DNA from: Styela clava
Lineage: Eukaryota
Assembly: GCF_964204865.1 (NCBI RefSeq)
Contig: NC_135250.1
Span: forward strand, 4,898,001-4,962,000
Direction of reading: 5' to 3'
DNA: 64,000 bases
Shown: piece after piece, positions 51,558 to 64,000 of the stretch
Layout of the letters: the number at the start of each line of letters is the position of its first letter
Position numbering within the stretch: the first letter of the stretch is position 1
The notes under the pieces: generated by a model
What the model saw: only the letters and a program-made list of their open reading frames with translations
Told to the model about the DNA's origin: nothing
Database searches by the model: none
Made by a program: the position numbers and the translations under genes

Positions 51558-52310
51558 TAGGCTTACCATATATATGGGACAAAAACCGTAACAGTGCGAA
51601 GTAAACAAAACTCATCTCACCTTTGTGAGTAGATACTGGGCATCAATATTAGCTATAAATTAGTTCGCATGCGGGTCTCCAAACATTTTTTATAAGAGTA
51701 GGACATCTTTGAGCGTTAAAATAACTTTTTAATTTTTCGAACATTTCAATAATCCTTGGCACGGCAGGTAATAATAAGAGACTACGGTTGCCATACTGCA
51801 ATAGCTGTTGACAAAATCGTAGAACTATATCAGTTCTGTTATTCAAACGGCGTAATTATAAATACATTCATATATACATTTTGGCAACAAGGCTTTCCTA
51901 CGCAAAAGGGAAAAGTATCCATGGCATGATGTTGTATTCAGTTTTAGGGTATATGAATCGCACATCCTATAATAGATCCCGTAATGTATCTTTCTAGTTT
52001 TTTAGGTTTGAGGAAAACATTATCGCCCTTCGTCTTTTTACGCCTCCATTTAATTTTTTTAATATATCGGCAGAGCAGTTAACATTGGCTGTTAAATTAC
52101 CGGAATGAACATTGGGCCTAATACCTACGACATAACAACACATCAATTCTCTCTTCCTGTCCGAACTAGTGATAAATTTGTAATAATGTTATATAAAAAA
52201 TTGTTTATGACTGGCATGCTGCATGACCGGGACATTTAAGTCTGCCGGGCAGGACGCCGGGACAGCTTGTCACTTTGGTTCTGGGTAAACCGGGATGTAT
52301 GGTAAGCCTA
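51558..52310 (-). mobile_element. Internally deleted hAT element with transposase relic
   Basis: TIR TAGGCTTACCATA...TATGGTAAGCCTA within a (TA)n target. Internal ORF 51846-51649 has LLPAVPRIIEMFEKLKSYF...CP, resembling the RWLSL..AV.R.L......LK.YF segment of hAT transposases. Confidence 0.75.
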
Positions 52311-52825
52311 TATATATACTGAAACTAGATAACCCGCCGTATGACTAGGTATGAAATTTTGGTACCGAACTTGAAATATCGGTTCCGAGATTTTCACTCA
52401 ACAATCACGAGGTTTTCCTGAACTAGGAAAATTTGAAAGTGGTAAGAGATAAAAATGAAAAGTGCATATATTTACTGAACAAGACGTGGACAAGTGGATA
52501 GTTTTGTTCAAGTTCTGTGGTTGTTAGTCTTGTTTTTGTTGTTGGGACGATTGTTGTTGCTGCGAAAGCAGTCGCTTCTCTACGTCTACATAACTGATTG
52601 ACGAATAAATTTCGTTTTTTCGACCTTAAGATTGTTAAAGTCTCTAAAGAATATAAGCTTTTTTCTTCGAGTCTTATGGTCCCACCATTATACCAGAGAA
52701 TTACACATTTTATCCCATCTTGCAGAATATTCTATATGGTGTTTGACCGACTCCGTCACGCTCGTCCGCCAATCTATTTAGCAAAGAAAACTTGGCGTTT
52801 AAGACCTGAGGTTCCTTAGTTAGAA

Positions 52826-52990
52826 TGGGGATAGGATTTACATATTTATCCTGGGGGAGAGGAACGTCGATAAGGCGGCTTAATCAAGTGGCGAACCACG
52901 GCCTCTCGTCCGGTTACCAGTCCAAGTCGGGTATGAGATTAGTTAGCCAATTATTTGTTTTCGGAAGCAAGGGTTTGTTAGAAGACTATT
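52826..52990 (-). mobile_element. SINE 3' half, reverse
   Basis: GGATAGGATTTACATATTTATC... Further fragments at ~1-100, ~11120-11295, ~19210-19362, ~34794-35100, ~62570-62800. Confidence 0.7.
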
Positions 52991-53159
52991 GGTCTTCTAC
53001 CGGACCTACCGTACCGGTACAGTACAGCGGTTAGTCATTGAACCTTCATATCCATTTCTTTGCGCATTTCTTTCTTGTTAGTTTAGCATGTGCAGTGGCC
53101 GGAGGGATTGCTGAGTAAAATATCCCGAACTCGAAAATTCAAATCTTTCACCGATATGG

Positions 53160-53240
53160 GAATCCCAACCCACATCGCGCTAGCCGTAATCGTTGTTGCA
53201 TAACAAGGCGCCATTATTAATGTGACGTCATATGGTGAAA
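53160..53240 (+). promoter_or_regulatory. Candidate proximal promoter of the THAP-BTB gene
   Basis: Perfect CRE palindrome TGACGTCA at 53223-53230 and GGCGCCATT (YY1/E2F-like) ~110-130 bp upstream of the ATG. Motif match only. Confidence 0.3.
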
Positions 53241-53334
53241 ACCTGTTGATAAACTGTGCGGAAGCATGTGATTTCTGGATTTAAGGGTTTATTTTCATTA
53301 ATATTACTAAATTAAGTACTGTAATACTATAATT

Positions 53335-56300
53335 ATGCCAAAGCAGTGTGTTGCTGGTGGTTGCACTAACAGTAGTGGAGATGGATTTCGCATGCAGGTG
53401 TGGCCGAAAGATCCCATTGTTGCCGTGAAATGGACTCAGTTTGTAAAGCAAACCAGGGAGAATTGGACTGGCCCTTCTGCTTACTCTTTATTATGCTCTG
53501 CCCATTTTGAGGAAGACTGTTATTTTAACACTCCAACCTTGGAACTATGCGGATATCCGGCAAGAAGAGTGAAAGATGCAGTCCCAACCATCCATAAAAG
53601 GATCCAAACCAAGCCATGCGACAGAGGGAGAAGACATGATGTAAAGCCCTACCGCTACCAATTGAAAAAATCCACCATACAGAGAAAACCTAGTCATCAT
53701 GATCTCACTGTAAGTAAATGTGTACGGCCAGTCACTTCTTGCCCATACTCCAGTACTCTAAGTACAGAAGTACCGTACCTGCGTTTACTTATTTATTAAT
53801 TTGAGTTTCTGAAATTGTGTGATTTGCAGATTTGTGTTGGAATACTCGCGGCAGTAGGGTGGTTCACGTAACCGCTGGTCTGTTACGGCTTCCTCAACCA
53901 TCAAGGCTCGGCGATGTGGTGCATTGTGCTAAGCATTAGGAATACACTCGCCACTGCATCTCTGATTACCCTGCGTGGGCTCGCAGGTTCGAATCCCATG
54001 TTGGGATGATTACGTACAAGAGGATTGCTGAACTCCTCGCTGCTGCAGGGTGGTTCACATACCAGCTGGTCGGTTACGGATTCCTCCATCATCAAGTCCA
54101 TGCTTCTGAAAACAAACAACTTCAGAACTTGCCGACTAATCCCATACCCGACCTGGACTGGAAACTGGACGAGAAGTCGTGGTTCGCCATATGATTAAGC
54201 CGTCTTATCGGCTTTCTTTTTCCCCAGAGATAAATATGTAAATCCTATCCTAAGTTAATCCTTTTCCTCTCCCTCTGGATAAATATGTGAATCCTATCGT
54301 AACCAACTTTATATTGCATTTAATAAATGAAATTATGAAGTACACCAGGGGCGTAGCCAGAAATTTTCAAAGGGGGGGTGGTTCTGCTGTTCTGAAATTT
54401 CTAAGTGGCAAGTTAGACCTTAGTAAAAAATGCTATGTCTGATACAAAAAAATATGGCAAATGTGCATATGGCATGTTTTGACAAATTCTGCTCGTGGTT
54501 TTGTTGCTTTTTTATGGAAAAAAAACACTTTTTTTGCAACCAATGGACCACTTGATTCTGATCGCAATTGTGTATTTCATTTGATAATTACAAATTATTG
54601 GCATAAATATAATAGCTAATGATAATATTTTTGTCGCAATATACTTTTTTAATAATTTTTTTGACTAGCGATAATACAAGCAATCTCTGTGCATCTCATT
54701 TCATGAGTCTGTAGTATATGCTGCGTTACATTGTAAAAAGTTTTCTATTAGATTTCAAAGTTATTACCTGTTAGTAAATTTGCATCTGAGTCGTTTTGTC
54801 AGTTTTACAACAAAACCTTATGGCTACACTTTTTGCAGAAAATTGAGCAATCAACTTCAATTCCGGTGAAAAGTGTTGACTGGCTGATGTTGGAACATAA
54901 TTATGCTTTTACATCCCATGAGAATAAAATGTAAGTTTGAGCATCCCTATACAGATTCGAATTTGAAACTATCCATTGACACATATTATTATAGGACTAG
55001 TATTTATGAGATTGATTAAAGTAAGAAGCTTTTACACAAAATTTGTCAAGAAAAGTTTATTAGTGCAGTGAACTTTGGTTTGAAACAATTTGTATGGTGT
55101 AGTGTTTTCTTTTCCTACTCCATAAAATGGTTGTTATCATTAATTACCAATGTTGATGCTAGCATTTATATCATATTTGCTTTGACAGAAAACAAGAACC
55201 GAACATTCAAATACAAAAACCAGATGAGAAAATCAATCCTAATGAAAACAAGGTATGTTAACTTTTTCCATTTGTCACATTTTATATTTCATTTATACAT
55301 TTATAATTTGAATACAAGTTTTATTCAACTTTAGTCAGCATTATTTTGTTATTTGAGGTATATCGCAATTGCATGATGGCGCCATTGCCCGAATCAACCA
55401 GTATCCTATAAATCCTAATGGCTCTTCATATTTTCGTATTTTATTTTTAATCTATCGTTGTTGTTTGTATGGTGTTCAGTATTGTATGTTATAAACCCAA
55501 TTCTTGTTCTATATATGCTGATGTAATTCAGCATAATAGGTGTCGCTGACACGATAACTTGTTAGTCTTTCGTGACTCCTCTGTGATTGCGAAACATTGT
55601 GTGTCTTTGATTCATTTTAATTTTATATTATTTGTTGACAATGTTTCATGCATGGCGAAATGAAATATCTGAATCTGGTGATACACACCAGGGCTTCAAC
55701 TCTACAGCCTATAGCCCTATACTGTGACATGTCACCTACAAGATTGTGCACAAATGATGCTGGTCTTATCTGTACTCATACTTCTGTTACAAGTGAAGTC
55801 TGGTACAAATTTGTTTTCTGTTTCAGATAGGATATAATCAGTCCACACAAATCAAAAAAAGAAAACATAGAAAAAAGAGGAACTTATCCATGTACGGTAC
55901 GTAATATGTATTACTATGTTGTGTATTGCTATCCTTTGTATCAGTGGTTTCCAACTTTTTTGGTGGAGCAGAACCCTATGAGCAATTCAAGAGCTTAAGC
56001 TCCTGAGCAGTAGTTTGATGTATTTTAGAGTATAAAATATAAACACATAGCGAACTTGATACTGTATTGGTCGAACAAAATGATCATTAAAGAGAAGCAA
56101 GTTTAATAATAGTGGCAAACCTAAGGTATGTGATTAACTGATTATATTTATAGAATATACAAATCTCTGATCTGAATAAAAATTACTGATTCCCTGGATT
56201 GTCGAAATCTGATTAAACATATTTCATCAGTGATAATTTATAATTGTCATGTTACTTATTATTTAATTTATTTCACAGGTGGTAAAACTAAACTTGAACG

Positions 56301-59126
56301 AAACCCTTTCCGGCATCGAAAACGTGTTACGCCTTCGAATTTTCCAAGAGACGAGAAAAGTAAAATTCTGGTAATGTTTATCATTAACAAATATTTTTTC
56401 TTATACAATGCTTTTTGTCATCACGCTCTGAACAAGGCCCTGCTAATAGGCAGCTGCTAATATAAAAAATACTACATTATTTTGGAAGTATCGAAACGAT
56501 TCCAAGTTGGTATTGTCTACCCAATTTATTACACCCTGGGTGATGTAGGGGCATGAGATTTAACCACAGTTAAGTCTAACGTGATAAACCACCTTATTGT
56601 ACTCAACTATTTCATTGTCAGTTAATCTCCTTTTAAATGTTCGTTCATTCATATACTAAAAAACTTTTCTTTATAAAAGTTGCCCAACCATCATGATTCA
56701 AAAGATGATATCACAATGCAGAAGATGAGAACTAATGTGAAGAAGGAAAGACAAAGCTTCCTATCATACAGTACGTGCAGAAATCTTCTGATAATTTAAG
56801 ACACAAAGATGTGTAGTTTCTGCCTGTCTATGTGATTAAATGCTGCTTTTGTATTCAAAAAGCCACACATAAAATTACTGCCTACAAAAAGTCACTTTTT
56901 AGGAAAATGAAAACCTAGAGCTATAGGTACACTACTGAAAATTTGTATAATCTGCAGTCTATAAGCTATTTATTTTATCAAAAAAATATCTTAGAAGCAT
57001 TTCCAACGTGAATACAAAAAACACTTACCCAATACTTTTTAGATCGAAAAACCAAATTGCAGAGAAATTTGACAAGGTCGTATGACAATACAAGACGAAA
57101 ATCCGAAAACAAACAGGACACAGGTATGCCATGCATGCATTTACAATTTATTGAAAAAAGGTGATACCAAATTTGGTATCAAAGGCAATATAGTTATGGA
57201 ATTGGTGTGAAATAAAAAAAAAAAATCCTGCGCAGAAATTCATATCTGTATGGGCTAAAAAAGCAGAAAGAGTAGCCCAGAGGAAAAATTAGTCATGCTA
57301 AAACTTTTTCTGGTCTCTGAACTACACCTGTCACTTTGTTTATTTATCCATACCTATTCTTGAACTCGAAAGATATAATTTGATTGCCTTGAATTTAGTT
57401 TTACACAAAGCTTTTTACATCCTTGAATTTCTTTGTCTGTAGGAGATTGCAAAGACAACCTCCAATGGATAAAAACTGAACCAACCTCTGAAAATGAATC
57501 TTTTGATAAGGCGGCAAAACCGGATGAAGAAGTTGAAGGTATGGGAACCATTTTGGATATTAAAGTACGCTTTCGTTCAGTTACTGGATATTGAATCTAA
57601 TTAGGACCTTAAAACACATGAAAAAAGTTCTTTATTATCTGCCTTTTATAAAGGGCTTTCACAGCTTCGATGCAATTCGGCTCTGGTCTAAGTTATCTTG
57701 TAGATCAGGGGTCGGGAACCTTCTTGGTCAAGAGAGCCATAAAAGGTACATATTTTCAACTGCATTTCCGTGCGAGCCATATAGCATTTCTTCACTTAAA
57801 TCAGGCCTGAAATTTTTACTCAAAGTCAACACATACAATGTCAATATACATTTGATGTGACTTCTGATGCTGCATGTTGTCGCTGCGGGCCTTGAACGGC
57901 TGCTCACATGCAGCACAAGTTGAAATCTATGATAGTCATCACCTTCTTTCGTTTACGCATATCCGTAGTATTCTAAAAACTAGCTTTGCTAGTCCGATTT
58001 GAATAGGACAAATACTGTAACTAGTACGTACAAACAGACGCAAAGCTTCATTCTATTGCTCCGCGACTCTATCGCTTGTGATGTCACAAAATATGTTCCA
58101 GAATCCCCTAATTTTGTCACAATACCTGTCTGGTAACTCTTAGATAACATAGACATGCGCTGGCCGCGCATTCTCGAACGTATCCGCAAATTTTTTGCCA
58201 CATTTGGCTATAAAAGAGTTTAAAATGTTGTAACGATGGTGAGCTTAGCTTTAGAATAGTAGATTTTTCTGGGAGCCATATGCCGTCACCAAAAAAGCCA
58301 TATATGGCTCACGAGCCATGGGTTCCCGACCTCTGTTGTAGATGGTGGACCTGGGGGTTGGCTTGAGATTTTCAACTTGTGGAACCAACATAATTGCGCT
58401 CAACAGAATGTTTAAATTGTTTCAGATACTCATGCCACATACCAAACAGATCTTCTGGAATCTCTCTATGCAATGCAGAAGAACGGAAAGCTCTGCGATT
58501 TAACATTCAAAGTCAACAGTTCCAAGACAAGACGACAGGTGACTTTGAAAGCACATAAACTCATATTTGCAACAATATCAAAGAAAATAAGACTTCATAG
58601 GAATGAAGTTTTCGAAGTCGATGAAGAATTGAGTATGCAAGATCTTATCAAGATTATAGAATTTGCTTATACTGGAAAAATCATTGGCCTTGAAGACATG
58701 GAAGCTGATGAAATTGGTATGATACGTGAAGCAGCTATTTCTTTGGATATTTCAAAATGTGTGGATTATATTGACAAAATATATTTGAAAAACAACAAAA
58801 TGAATGGAGAAATCTTATTGGACAAAGAGATTCTTCATGGTGATGGAGAAAAAGAAAACGATTATCTTGATATCAAACCTCCGAATATAGATGAATATCT
58901 GCCACTTTATTTTACTCAAAATGAGTCGGATGTGGAATCTACTCAAGATTATGATACGACCGATACAGAGGATGAAATTTCAATCAAAAAATGTACTGAT
59001 TATGATAACGACGATGAAACCCCGATTAAGCCGAAAACTTTTACAATGAGTCGACATCCATCTTTTCCTTCTAAATTGCTAAAAGATACTTCCTCTGTTA
59101 AAGAGGAATATATTGTTATTGATTAA
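53335..59126 (+). CDS. THAP zinc finger + HCF-1-binding motif + C-terminal BTB/POZ protein (~553 aa, 9 exons)
   Basis: Exons 53335-53709, 54839-54930, 55189-55252, 55827-55896, 56279-56370, 56680-56770, 57043-57123, 57443-57538, 58426-59126. All are GT-AG with compatible phases, 1662 nt total. THAP: CxxxxC...W...CSAHF...AVPTI. EHNY at 54893-54904. BTB: LLESLYAMQKNGKLCDLTFKV...KAHKLIFA...IIEFAYTG. Confidence 0.85.
53905..54250 (+). mobile_element. tRNA-derived SINE, near full length, in THAP-BTB intron 1
   Basis: A-box-like TGGTGCATTGTG, B-box GGTTCGAATCCC (53986-53997), 3' tail ATAAATATGTAAATCCTATCC shared with other copies. Confidence 0.8.
57706..58335. mobile_element. hAT (Charlie-like) MITE in last intron of THAP-BTB gene
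   Basis: CAGGGGTCGGGAACC...GGTTCCCGACCTCTG with perfect TSD ttgtagat. Confidence 0.9.
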
Positions 59127-60722
59127 ATGGAACATTTTCATGACTTTGGTCTTGTATAATGAGTAGAAGATGGGGCGTTTTGGAAGCAGGATATAACGCA
59201 TTATTAGCAGTATGTTTCCTTGCCATCGTACTATAATTATCGTGCTTGGGTTACAAGATTGAAGTCACGTGAAAGACAGTTTATTATATAAGATTGCCTA
59301 AAGACAATAAATAACATGAATGGTCAGTTAGGCTTTCCCATTTTAGTCATCTGATGGGACAAGATCTGGTAAATAATTACGATATTAGTCATTTTAATAT
59401 CTGACTTGGACGGCAGGCCCTGAAGTTTGTGCAGGAATGCCTACTGTCTATCTAATTGATTCAAAGTGATTTAAAAAGAAAAGCTGGATTCTGATTGGTT
59501 GAATATTATTCCAACACACAGATTGGCATGTGGTAAATAAAGGACTTCAGTAGCATAAATGAAGTGATATTGTGTCTGGAGTCTTGTTTGTGAGAGCTGA
59601 TACATAGCTCGATGGTTGGCACCTTGACTGCAATTGCACCACTGATTACCCTGCATGATTCGGTACTAGAAGATTGCTTTAAACATGTTAGGCTCTTCCA
59701 TTTTAGTTATCTGGTGGGACAAAAGACTTGGGTGGCATGTGGTAAAAGAGGAACACCACTGATTACCCTGCATGAACTCGTAGGTTCAATTGTGATGAAA
59801 GATTGATTGTCTCGCTATCGCAAGGCAGTTCACTGACAATAAACTGTATCTGACCTGAACGGCAGGCCGAACGAAGCAAAACATCGTCCCAAACAGCCTA
59901 CTTTTATAGGCGTGTTCCAGAATTTTTGATTTAAAGCAATTTTAAAACACTAGCTGAATTCTGATTAAACTAGTATATTGTCCTGGAGAATTGATTGTTT
60001 TGGGCTACCCTATTTATTATATCACTACCCCTGGCAAATCAATCAGTGGGTTTTGGTGGAACCATTGCTGAAAGTCTCAACAAAAGATCGTTATATAAGC
60101 TCCAGTGTTGCAAAATTGAAGAATAGGATTCCCATTCTACAACTTATCACTCGAGTGAGTAATGTTTGGTACTAAAACCATTTTGCCTTGGTGAATATTA
60201 TGGCTATCAAAAACGTCACTTTGGCAATGAACGAACAATTCAGACCTTTGATCGGAAGTCGGAAAAAAAAATTTCCAAAAGTCTTTTCCATATTCATCCA
60301 CGAAATTGCCTACACTTACTCTAAGTTAATATTGAAAATATGTTGCTACATTAAAACAGAATTAGAAACTCTAAATCAAACTCCTGATGTTCTGAATAGA
60401 ATCAAACAAAAAAATGCAGCAATATATGAAATACCACAAGTCAACTTCAAAAAGCTGTTTTTAAACATGCTATTTATTGAGGCAGTGATAACATCACGAT
60501 AAAACAACTTGCAAAGAAATAATAAAACATTTAAAAACAGCAGCACCAAGATTTTTCAATCAAAAAGCACATGGTTAAAATTCTAAAAAACATTTGAATC
60601 TTTCACAATATTGCCTCAAATAAAGGGAAAAAACAACGAAATGAACACTAACACAGTACAAAGCACGAAATAGCTTGGCAGTACTTAACAAACGGAAAAG
60701 GTAAAATAGGTTTCATGATAAA

Positions 60723-63700
60723 TTACTTTGGTAGACCCTCGAGTAAAATTGTAGTAAGAAGAGTTTTATCTTGCAAGGCATATTCAACATCTCTTTCCTG
60801 CAGAGACAGTGAAATCTGTGAAAGAGATAAAAGGTTATTAATTCAAAGATTCGAAACTTGTAGGCTCATGGACTAGGGCCTATGACGAAATCAAATATTG
60901 TTGGTCGGACTCATGGCAACCAGAGTTGAAATTCCCCTTGAAGTTAAAGTCTCCTTGAACGTAATACGAGTTTATAATACAGTATTGTCGCTAGCCTCGT
61001 AATCAGTATGTACCAGGTTAGGGTTGAGCCATAATTTTATTCCAATTTTCTTATTTTAGTTCTATTACGAGTTCAGGACTGTCTGTGTAGTCCTGAACTC
61101 GCAATAGAACTAAAATAAAGAATATTGGAATAAAATTATGGCCTAACCTGCTGGTACGTACTAGAGATGTACCGATGTATCGGTATCGGGTATCGGTATC
61201 GGCAATATCGGTCATTTTTTCGGTATCGGCCATGTATCGGTATCGGTTAAATCAAGGCCGATATTTCCGATATATTTATCTTTTTGATATGGTCCAGAAT
61301 ATTTTAAAAGATAAGTTGGAATACTACTTTTTAATTTATTTTTTGTCTGGAGAGATCGTGAGCTATGAGCCATACATGTCCCCACCCCCGCGAAAGAATA
61401 GGATTCACGTGTTTTTAGCTATTCATCAGCCAAACTAGCTCAACTAATTTAGCTATTTTCGCTGTCAAATTTTAATATTGACATTTTTAATATTACATAG
61501 TAATTATGAAGAAATATATCAACACAGCACATAACAAAAAGCAACTAGGCGCCCAGTTTCAAATCATACAGTGGAATTGGGGTCCTTATCAACTCCACAT
61601 GGACTTGTGGCACGGGTATAAGTTCTGACTGTTTGTCGTCAAGTACGAGTGTCATTTAGTCCGTCGACATCGATAAACTAAATTCCAAAATTCAAAATAT
61701 ATGATTGTAAAATATTTTATATTATAAAATAGTAAAGTAAAAAAACATCCTCGACGGTTATAGGTAGGCCTTCTTTTTGTCGGTGCTGATTGATATTCTT
61801 TCATTTTGGCTTTGATTTATTGCGTCGACGATTACGATTAGCCACGAAATAAAATATTTGTAAAATGCTTTTAATCTGAACGTAGGACGGCGGCGCTAGA
61901 ATGTGTGGGTGATATTCGATATTCTTTTAAACACGAATAACGATATTCGAAGGTCGCGATATTCATATTAAGTTTAAATGGGACATCCGGGCTTAATGAG
62001 TTTTCTAATTGAACACCGAGATTACTAGCGTTACTGTATAATGTATCTTAATCAGTTGAAGCAAACACCAAACATTAATTTCATATTATGTGATATATCT
62101 TTTTTTTGGATCTGAAATAATGTGTACTATGAACAACGCTCAAAGACCATTGTTTTAACCCGTCTGCCCTACACAGCACACCTAATTAAGTAATAATTAC
62201 ATAGTATCGGAATATCGGTAATATCGGCATTTTTGTAGTATCGGCGTATCGGTATCGGTATCGGCGTTTTTGGCTGGTATCGGATCGGTATCGGCGACAA
62301 AAGTGGTATCGGTACATCTCTAGTACGTACACTACGGGAGTACCAAAAATTGACATCTAGAACAAGGCATGGCATTTCTTACACACCTTTGTCATTCTTG
62401 CTTGCTTATTTGGTTTGATGCTCAGAATTCCACGAGTCTCGATGAGTTGTAATATGGAAGTAAACTCTGATTGTGCGACAGCAGTGACTTGTCTCCTCTT
62501 GCATATTTTTGTATACGCTTCATGGAGCTGATGGAAACATATTAATTAACGATTGAAATAGTAAGATGTGGGATTATCACTTTTCATCCCAGGGGAGAAG
62601 TAAAAAGTCAATAAGACTTTATCCTATCACGAACCAAGGCCCCTTGTTCGATACCATTTCCTGTCAGGTATGGGAAAAGGTTGTTGTTTCAGATACATGA
62701 ACTTGATGGTCAAAAAAGTTGTAACCAAAAGCGGTTATGTGAATCCTCTCGGGCATAATTATCCTGACAAAACTTAAACTTCCTCGATATGGTTAGCGCA
62801 TTTCTAACGCTTAGAACAAGGCAGAGAAGATAAGAGAAAGATAAGGTTTTCATGACTATTTAACAGGTTAATGGAACCACTGATACAAGGTAACCATGTA
62901 TCATGTACAATAAACCAAGTAAAATACTGGAGATAACCAACTGTGGAAGGGTTTTGACGAGCCAAACTGCAGGGTTTTGGGGAACATGGAAGTTCGAGAA
63001 CAACTGCTTGAGTTAAAGGAACCCCTGATAGTAAGTGCACAAAAATCAAATTAACCAAGTTACCTTTCCCATTGTGACTTCTTTGCATTTGATGTGACGA
63101 GACAGAAGAATAAGAGTACAAATTGCAAGCTTCTGTTGAAGTGGAAACGCTTCTCCCTCATTTTCTTCATCATTTGTCTTTGCTTTGTGGGCAATTGATG
63201 ATTCATAAACACCAGAAAGTACTCCTGCGATCTGTTGCAATCCCACTTTCTTGGTAACTGGATTGACACCTTGGAATAAACAAAATTAGTATTATACAGA
63301 GAGTAAACATAAATACTCTGATAGAAGTATTTTTTATACTATCTGAACACACAAGGCTCCTCATAAAGCAATTTTGGTTTTGGCATTGTCTACCCACTAG
63401 GGTTGCCCCCCTGCAAGCCAACATATTAGAGTACAAACACTTTACCCACCACCTGCAATCACAGATCAAACTTTATAATTCCATGTTGTTTTAACTTAAC
63501 ATCTGTACCATGATGCGATTCGAGGTTAATTTGAAATAAACACTAAAATAATGTAATTTGAAACAAGTGTAATCCAGCACCGCATTTCTATTAGTAATCC
63601 CACACTATTGCACAACAGAAAATTTTCGGAAAAAAATTCTTACAGTTCTCTTTCCCAGATGGTGATAGAACGTGCTGTGATTTAACGCTAGTTTCGACAA

Positions 63701-63827
63701 CTTCTACAGCACGTCTGCAAACATCGAGAGCTTTCCTTGCATCGCCAGCCACGGCAGAAACCTTCCTTGCACAGAATTGAACAGCCATTGCATCTATTAC
63801 TCTCTCGTTACAGTTTTCAGCCATCGT
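60723..63827 (-). CDS. CDC6: Cell division control protein 6, 3' four exons (AAA lid + winged helix); 5' part beyond window
   Basis: Exons 63827-63644 (AVQFCARKVSAVAGDARKALDVCRRAVE), 63269-63064 (FPLQQKLAICTL...EVTMGK), 62527-62387 (LHEAYTKIC...LIETRGIL), 60815-60723 (ISLSLQERDVEYALQDKTLL...*). Phases are consistent. Confidence 0.95.
60995..62344. mobile_element. Foldback derivative of Merlin-like MITE A, interrupted by a hAT MITE, in CDC6 last intron
   Basis: Left half of family A repeated in inverted orientation around ~61085; its terminus resumes at 62331-62344 (ACTACGGGAGTACC). Confidence 0.7.
61162..62322. mobile_element. Non-autonomous hAT element (1161 bp)
   Basis: Perfect TIR TAGAGATGTACCGAT...ATCGGTACATCTCTA, subterminal GTATCG arrays, perfect 8-bp TSD gtacgtac (61154-61161 / 62323-62330). 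Confidence 0.9.
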
Positions 63828-64000
63828 CTAAAAGCAAAGTTACAATTTTTTTTAATTGAGAGTTAGTGTTGAATGTATAATTTTACTGTGTATTAAAAAA
63901 CAGTTTCTATCATTCTATGCTGCTTGGCACTGATATTTTTGTGTTGGTAAATTGCCGACTAATCTAACAAACCAGTACCTTAGTCACTGGATTCAGTACA

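Noticed and set aside
53335-53799. THAP ORF as part of a P-element/THAP9 or Kolobok transposon
   Set aside because: No DDE transposase or enclosing TIRs seen; it splices to multiple host-like exons and BTB.

Overview
Eukaryotic, AT-rich, intron-dense animal DNA. An ascidian/tunicate origin is my inference from gene style and repeats, not established. Genes were assembled by eye from GT/AG boundaries and frame continuity. (1) Two convergent C-type lectin paralogs at 350-1891 (+, QPD type, in-frame TGA at a conserved Trp) and 4061-6670 (-, EPN type, one apparently broken stalk exon). (2) A ~38 kb, ~50-exon type I ferlin (dysferlin/myoferlin-like, nested DysF, C-terminal TM anchor) on the minus strand, 46991->8730. 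It appears to lack C2A and carries duplicated and skippable linker exons. (3) A 9-exon plus-strand gene, 53335-59126, that splices in frame into one ~553-aa protein joining a THAP zinc finger, an HCF-1-binding EHNY motif, SUMO-type motifs and a C-terminal BTB/POZ domain. This is the most unusual item in the window. (4) The 3' four exons of CDC6 (-). Introns and intergenic DNA hold ~20 related GG-ended, 8-bp-TSD (Merlin-like) MITEs carrying a telomere-like GGTTAGGGTT core, several hAT MITEs (two nested in the same Merlin-like terminus), tRNA-derived SINEs, a MULE-like foldback and two degenerate tandem repeats. Most short ORFs in the supplied track are repeat-derived, antisense shadows, or exons read through into introns.
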